From assembly GCF_037013405.1 (NCBI RefSeq), contig NZ_CP146064.1:720001-752000 (forward strand): 32,000 bases of DNA. The letters are read 5' to 3'. Shown here one piece after another: positions 28,131-32,000 of the stretch. Under the pieces are notes generated by a model that saw only the letters and a list, made by a program, of their open reading frames with translations, did not search any database and had not been told where the DNA came from. Position 1 is the first letter of the stretch. Each line of letters begins with the position of its first letter. Source of the stretch: Candidatus Nanosynbacter sp. BB002. Its GTDB lineage: Bacteria; Patescibacteriota; Saccharimonadia; Saccharimonadales; Saccharimonadaceae. The position numbers were made by a program, and so were the translations under genes.

Positions 28131-28139
28131 ATTATATCA
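28131..28139 (-). promoter_or_regulatory. Extended -10 promoter TGATATAAT, 6 nt upstream of the hsdM ATG (leaderless-type)
   Basis: The reverse complement of 28131..28139 is TGATATAAT, then TTATCT, then the ATG at 28124. No SD. It lies in the 28-nt gap after the radC stop. Confidence 0.5.
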
Positions 28140-28152
28140 GATTGGGGGTCGT

Positions 28153-28806
28153 TTACTCTGAGTGTAGCAGACTTTTGTAGTCAGTTTTCGTAACAATAAT
28201 ATGATCATTAAGCGTAATGCCAAGCAATTTTCCCGCTTCTGCCAGCCTATTCGTAACATCTTTATCAGCCTGACTGGCTTCCAAACCCCCACTCGGATGA
28301 TTATGCGCCACGATGATGCTGGCGGCGCGGTCGGCAATGGCATCAGCGAAGACCTCGCGCGGGTGCACCAGACTGGCCATCAGCGTACCGATAGTCACAA
28401 CCCGCTTGGCGATCAAACGATTCGCGCCGTCCAGCGTCAAGCAGACAAAATATTCCTGTTTTTTATCGCGAATGTCGGCCAGTAGCTCGACGGCTTTTTC
28501 TGGGCCGTCAATAATTGGCTGGTCGCTATCCAGCAAATACCGCCGCGCCAGTTCCAAACTCGCTAAAATCACCGGGATTTTCGCTTCACCCAATCCAACC
28601 ACGCCACGCAGATCATCATACGAAATATCGCCGCCTTTTTGACGCACAATTTTCAGCACCTCGCGCGCAATTTTACCGACATCCGCCTGTTTATTACCGC
28701 TGCCGATAATCGCCATCAAGAGTTCCAAGTCGCTCAGCCGCGCCGTACCGTAACGCACTAGTTTCTCGCGGGGACGATCATCGGGACGGCGATCTTGCAT
28801 TTTCAT
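28153..28806 (-). CDS. radC: RadC-like JAB/MPN-domain protein (UPF0758)
   Basis: N-terminal HhH-like region (RPREKLVRYGTARLSDLELLMAIIGSG) and a C-terminal JAMM motif (IIVAHNHPSGGLEASQADKDVT). I place the start at the ATG at 28806 (MKMQDRRP), which forms a TGATG junction with the crtEb stop. The track start at 28872 would overlap crtEb by 67 nt. Confidence 0.85.
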   Translation of the reverse strand: MKMQDRRPDDRPREKLVRYGTARLSDLELLMAIIGSGNKQADVGKIAREVLKIVRQKGGDISYDDLRGVVGLGEAKIPVILASLELARRYLLDSDQPIIDGPEKAVELLADIRDKKQEYFVCLTLDGANRLIAKRVVTIGTLMASLVHPREVFADAIADRAASIIVAHNHPSGGLEASQADKDVTNRLAEAGKLLGITLNDHIIVTKTDYKSLLHSE

Positions 28807-29666
28807 CACACACCCCACACCTTCATCAATAACGTCACGGTTACCACCGCCCCAGCGACATAGTTCAGCCACAAGAAACGTCGCCAGCCCGCCCGTGCCT
28901 CCGCCGAGCGTTCATCACGAATTCGTACAAACGGCAGTAGATTGATGATATATAAGCTGCCTGCAGATGCCACTGGCCATGCCGCCACACCCAGGCACGC
29001 TACCAACCCGACCGCCGCCACGTACAGCAGTATCGCTAACCAGACGGTCGACCGCGCACCAAACACCGTGGCGATGGAGCGAATCTTGGCTTCGCGGTCT
29101 GGCACAATATCCTGCACCGCACCAAACGCCTGACTAGCCATACCCCAGCAAAAAAATGCGACAGCCACCAACCATCCCGCTTGCGTCGTGCCAACCAACG
29201 AATAGGCATACAGCAGCGGACCGACAAAATGTAGACTTGAGGTCACCGAATCCAGTAATGGCACTTCCTTAGACCGCAGCCCCTTCGCGCTATATGCCAC
29301 CACAAAAAACAACACCACCGCTAACACCAACGCACTTTGCCAGTTGCCCAACAGCACCAATGCCAGCACGAATGGCAGGCATGATAGCACCGCCGACCAC
29401 ACGATCAACCGATGATATTTCCGTGGCGTCACGGCGCCTTCGACACCGCCCTTGCGGGGATTTCGCATATCTGATTCATAGTCGCACACGTCATTAATGC
29501 CATACATCAGCAAATTGTACGGGATGAGGAAAAACAGCGTACCAATAATCAGCCGTGCGTCAATAGCCCCGCCCATGACCACATAGCCCGCCGCAAACGG
29601 ATAGGCCGTATTCACCCACGACAGCGGTCGCGAGGTCATAAATAAGACGTTAATTTTTTCTTTCAC
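28806..29666 (-). CDS. crtEb: UbiA-family prenyltransferase, lycopene elongase type
   Basis: Polytopic UbiA-fold protein with Asp-rich motifs (NDVCDYESD; AVQDIVPDREA). The N-terminus SRPLSWVNTAYPFAAGY is typical of lycopene elongases. It is the last gene of a crtB-crtI-crtYe-crtYf-crtEb order. GTG start with GGAAGGGG upstream. Confidence 0.75.
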   Translation of the reverse strand: MKEKINVLFMTSRPLSWVNTAYPFAAGYVVMGGAIDARLIIGTLFFLIPYNLLMYGINDVCDYESDMRNPRKGGVEGAVTPRKYHRLIVWSAVLSCLPFVLALVLLGNWQSALVLAVVLFFVVAYSAKGLRSKEVPLLDSVTSSLHFVGPLLYAYSLVGTTQAGWLVAVAFFCWGMASQAFGAVQDIVPDREAKIRSIATVFGARSTVWLAILLYVAAVGLVACLGVAAWPVASAGSLYIINLLPFVRIRDERSAEARAGWRRFLWLNYVAGAVVTVTLLMKVWGV

Positions 29667-29946
29667 GATTTAACCCCTTCCAAATCGCTGGCACGGCCAA
29701 CCCCGCCAAGAGTGAATAAAACAAATCTTCAATCGGCGCTAGCCCCACGTGTATTCCCAAAATTTTATCTGCAGGATAGGTAAACATACCCAAGTAAATC
29801 AGTAGTGAATCAAACACAATCGTCGTCACCAGCAATACCGCTAGCGTCGCCCACACCGCACGGCCAAATGTTAATAATTTGCGCCATGCCAGCACACCTA
29901 GTACTGTCGTCAAAAACAGCAGATTGAGTACTATATATGTCGCCAT
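29650..29946 (-). CDS. crtYf: Lycopene-cyclase-domain small membrane protein (heterodimeric carotenoid cyclase subunit)
   Basis: 98 aa, 3 TM helices, motif GLAPIEDLFYSLL (PxE(E/D) cyclase motif). The position matches crtYf of actinobacterial C50 clusters. A C40 CrtYc/Yd role cannot be excluded. Confidence 0.7.
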   Translation of the reverse strand: MATYIVLNLLFLTTVLGVLAWRKLLTFGRAVWATLAVLLVTTIVFDSLLIYLGMFTYPADKILGIHVGLAPIEDLFYSLLAGLAVPAIWKGLNRERKN

Positions 29947-30245
29947 CGCTTTACTCCCGCCCGGTAGACTACCAGGCTAAAATAACTCAAAAACAGCAAG
30001 AAGAACAATTCTTCCAACGGAAATTCTGGAAATAAATACACGCCCGACATATACGGCGAATGTCCGCTGAGAAAGATACCGAGCGAGATACCACAAACAT
30101 CCCACACGATGAACGCGCTGGTCATAATGAGCACGGTCAGTACTGTACGGCGAGCATCATACCAGTAGGCTAGCCTATACCACCAGTCCAGCACTGCCAT
30201 CCCCACCCAACTAACAATAATTCCCGCTAAATACAGCCAACTCAT
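29931..30245 (-). CDS. crtYe: Lycopene-cyclase-domain small membrane protein (heterodimeric carotenoid cyclase subunit)
   Basis: Motif FPLEELFFLLFLSYF, 3 TM helices. I place the start at the ATG at 30245 (MSWLYLAG), which forms an ATGA junction with the crtI stop. The track start at 30323 would overlap crtI by 82 nt. Confidence 0.7.
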   Translation of the reverse strand: MSWLYLAGIIVSWVGMAVLDWWYRLAYWYDARRTVLTVLIMTSAFIVWDVCGISLGIFLSGHSPYMSGVYLFPEFPLEELFFLLFLSYFSLVVYRAGVKRWRHI

Positions 30246-31756
30246 ATATCCTCCTTGGTGAGCGGTCCACGACAGCGGTTTCCCGTGATGCGCTTGTAGG
30301 TCAGCTGCGCACTGATCAAGCACATCGGCAGACCTATCCCCGGTAGCGTCCCCGCACCAACATAATACAAATTTGGCACTTTTTTACTGCGATTACGCGT
30401 ACGGAACATAACGCTTTGGCTGAGTAAGTGCGATTCACCACCAAAGGCGTTGTACTGCCAGGCATTAAATTGCTCGCCAAACTGCTCTGGACCATAGACA
30501 AGCTGAGAAACAATTCGCTCAGGCAGATCAGGCTCGCCAGTCATCTCAACAAGAATCTGGATTATCTTATCCTTGCAAGACACTTCTTGTTCTGGCGTCA
30601 GCGTTATGCCAGCTGGTAACGGCAGCAATACAAGCAAATTTTCATGCCCCAGCGGCGCCAAGTCAGGATCGGTCTTGGATGGGTTGCAGACGTAGAGCGA
30701 GGCATGCTCTGGCACTGTGCCAGTTTCATAAATCGCCGCAAAGTTTTCACGCCAGTTTCTCACAAAGTAGAGATTATGATGTTGTAAATTCGACAATCCC
30801 CCTTTGACACCCAGCGAAACCAGCAACGCGCCTGGCCCCGGCTGGCGTTTTTGCCAATACTTTTCGGGGTAGCTTCGAGCAGCTGGCGGTAATAATTTGG
30901 TTTCAGTATGATGGATATCGGCTGCTGAAATTACCAAGTCAACCGCAATGTGTTCGCCGTTCATCAGTTCAATACCCGTGGCCTGATGACCATCCAGCAC
31001 AATCTGCTTTACCGGCGAATTATAATGATATTTCACACCCAAACTTTTTCCCAACCGCTCCATGCTATCCGCCAATTCCATCATGCCACGCCGCGGATAA
31101 TACACACCGCTACGAAAATCGAGATGACTCATCAGGCTGTAGACAGCCGGTGCTTGAAACGGGCTGGAACCCAAAAATACCATGTGATATTCTAGCAATT
31201 GTTTAAGCCGAAGATCCCGAAACCAGCGGCTCACATGAGCGTCCAGTGTCCGCCACACTAGCGGCAACATGGTCGGTAACTGGCGCAGAAGCGGCCACTG
31301 TAACACATCACCAACCCGCGTGAAATTGTTATACAGCGCGTGCTTCACCGCCACCTCATACACCTGGCTGCTACGCGTGACATAGCGCTGTAGTTTTTCA
31401 CCTGCACCGGGTTCAATTGCCTCAAATATTGCCATATCTTTATCAACATCACCCTGAATAATCAGTGGCTCATAGCCTTCACTCCACACCTTGTAGCCAG
31501 GCGAAAATCGCACCAAGTCGAGTTCTTGCTCAGCCGATCGATCAAACAATTGATAATACTGCTCAAAAATCTCTGGCATCAAATACCACGACGGGCCAAG
31601 ATCAAAGGTAAAGCCATCTTGCTTGACCACTTGAATCCAACCACCGGCTGACGGGTTCTTCTCGTATACCGCCACCTGGTACCCTGCTTTCGCCAGCAAA
31701 TTTGCCAGTGCCAGCCCGCCGTAGCCCGCGCCGATGATCACCGCTTTCTTTGTCAT
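30242..31756 (-). CDS. crtI: Phytoene desaturase (CrtI family)
   Basis: N-terminal FAD fold VIIGAGYGGLALANLLAKAGYQVAVYEKN, GPSWYLMPEIFE, and the C-terminal carotenoid-binding region YYVGAGTLPGIGLPMCLISAQL. Confidence 0.92.
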   Translation of the reverse strand: MTKKAVIIGAGYGGLALANLLAKAGYQVAVYEKNPSAGGWIQVVKQDGFTFDLGPSWYLMPEIFEQYYQLFDRSAEQELDLVRFSPGYKVWSEGYEPLIIQGDVDKDMAIFEAIEPGAGEKLQRYVTRSSQVYEVAVKHALYNNFTRVGDVLQWPLLRQLPTMLPLVWRTLDAHVSRWFRDLRLKQLLEYHMVFLGSSPFQAPAVYSLMSHLDFRSGVYYPRRGMMELADSMERLGKSLGVKYHYNSPVKQIVLDGHQATGIELMNGEHIAVDLVISAADIHHTETKLLPPAARSYPEKYWQKRQPGPGALLVSLGVKGGLSNLQHHNLYFVRNWRENFAAIYETGTVPEHASLYVCNPSKTDPDLAPLGHENLLVLLPLPAGITLTPEQEVSCKDKIIQILVEMTGEPDLPERIVSQLVYGPEQFGEQFNAWQYNAFGGESHLLSQSVMFRTRNRSKKVPNLYYVGAGTLPGIGLPMCLISAQLTYKRITGNRCRGPLTKEDI

Positions 31757-32000
31757 AATCCCACTACTCCTCTCACAAATAATAGTAGCTTTACGCTGTT
31801 CGGTACCCGAATGCGCCTCGCTTTAATGTCGGCAACTGATGCTTTTTGTAGCCGCCGAAACAGTGCCTCATAATACAGCATACTAGTGCGTACAGCCCGC
31901 CGGATGATTAGTGGTAGCTGCTTGATATTTGTTTTAGCAAGGGCAAAATCCGCCGCGATATCCGCTTCGATGGCCCGCTTACTAGTCTCACTAAACGATG
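31753..32000 (-). CDS. crtB: Phytoene synthase (squalene/phytoene synthase family), C-terminal 81 codons only
   Basis: Not in the ORF track because of edge truncation. My translation of the minus strand from 31998 is SFSETSKRAIEADIAADFALAKTNIKQLPLIIRRAVRTSMLYYEALFRRLQKASVADIKARRIRVPNSVKLLLFVRGVVGL*. The stop TGA overlaps the crtI ATG (ATGA). The pattern is typical of a CrtB C-terminus. Confidence 0.7.
   Translation of the reverse strand, partial: SFSETSKRAIEADIAADFALAKTNIKQLPLIIRRAVRTSMLYYEALFRRLQKASVADIKARRIRVPNSVKLLLFVRGVVGL

Noticed and set aside
1-32000. CRISPR arrays, rRNA genes, IS elements/transposases, prophage structural genes
   Set aside because: Reading both strands, I found no regularly spaced direct repeats, no rRNA-like stretches, and no transposase, integrase or phage structural protein signatures in any ORF of 60 aa or more.

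Overview
Densely packed bacterial chromosome, about 50% GC by eye, with almost no non-coding DNA and many overlapping stop/start codons. The gene content looks monoderm-type: an LtaS-family sulfatase, a PdaC-like deacetylase, membrane-anchored thiol-disulfide oxidoreductases and an actinobacterial-style C50 carotenoid operon. I cannot assign a taxon from sequence alone. Most of the window is housekeeping or transport: a heterodimeric ABC exporter pair, tRNA-Pro(CGG), a NUDIX hydrolase, a polar amino-acid ABC importer operon, ClpB, a PadR-controlled MacB-type ABC system, and a DsbA-like/CxxC membrane protein pair. The stand-out region is 18.7-28.1 kb (minus strand). It is a complete type I restriction-modification operon with two extra genes inserted between the hsd genes, in the order hsdM, GHKL-ATPase/PD-(D/E)xK nuclease fusion (685 aa), hsdS, reverse transcriptase (517 aa, all catalytic motifs intact), hsdR. 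The first four genes overlap at stop/start codons, and the only promoter-like element I found upstream of the block is a single extended -10 element upstream of hsdM. Both inserted genes are clearly more AT-rich than hsdM and hsdR. I read this as a composite, probably multi-layered anti-phage locus in which an Abi/UG-like RT and a paraMORC/Shedu-like ATPase-nuclease are wired into a type I R-M system. As far as I know this arrangement has not been characterised experimentally. Secondary observations: a recurring TATAAT-N6-9-ATG (leaderless-type) promoter architecture that also fixes several start codons; a perfect palindromic candidate PadR operator; a ClpB that natively lacks the N-terminal domain; and radC translationally coupled to the carotenoid operon. 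No CRISPR array, rRNA, transposase or integrase was seen.
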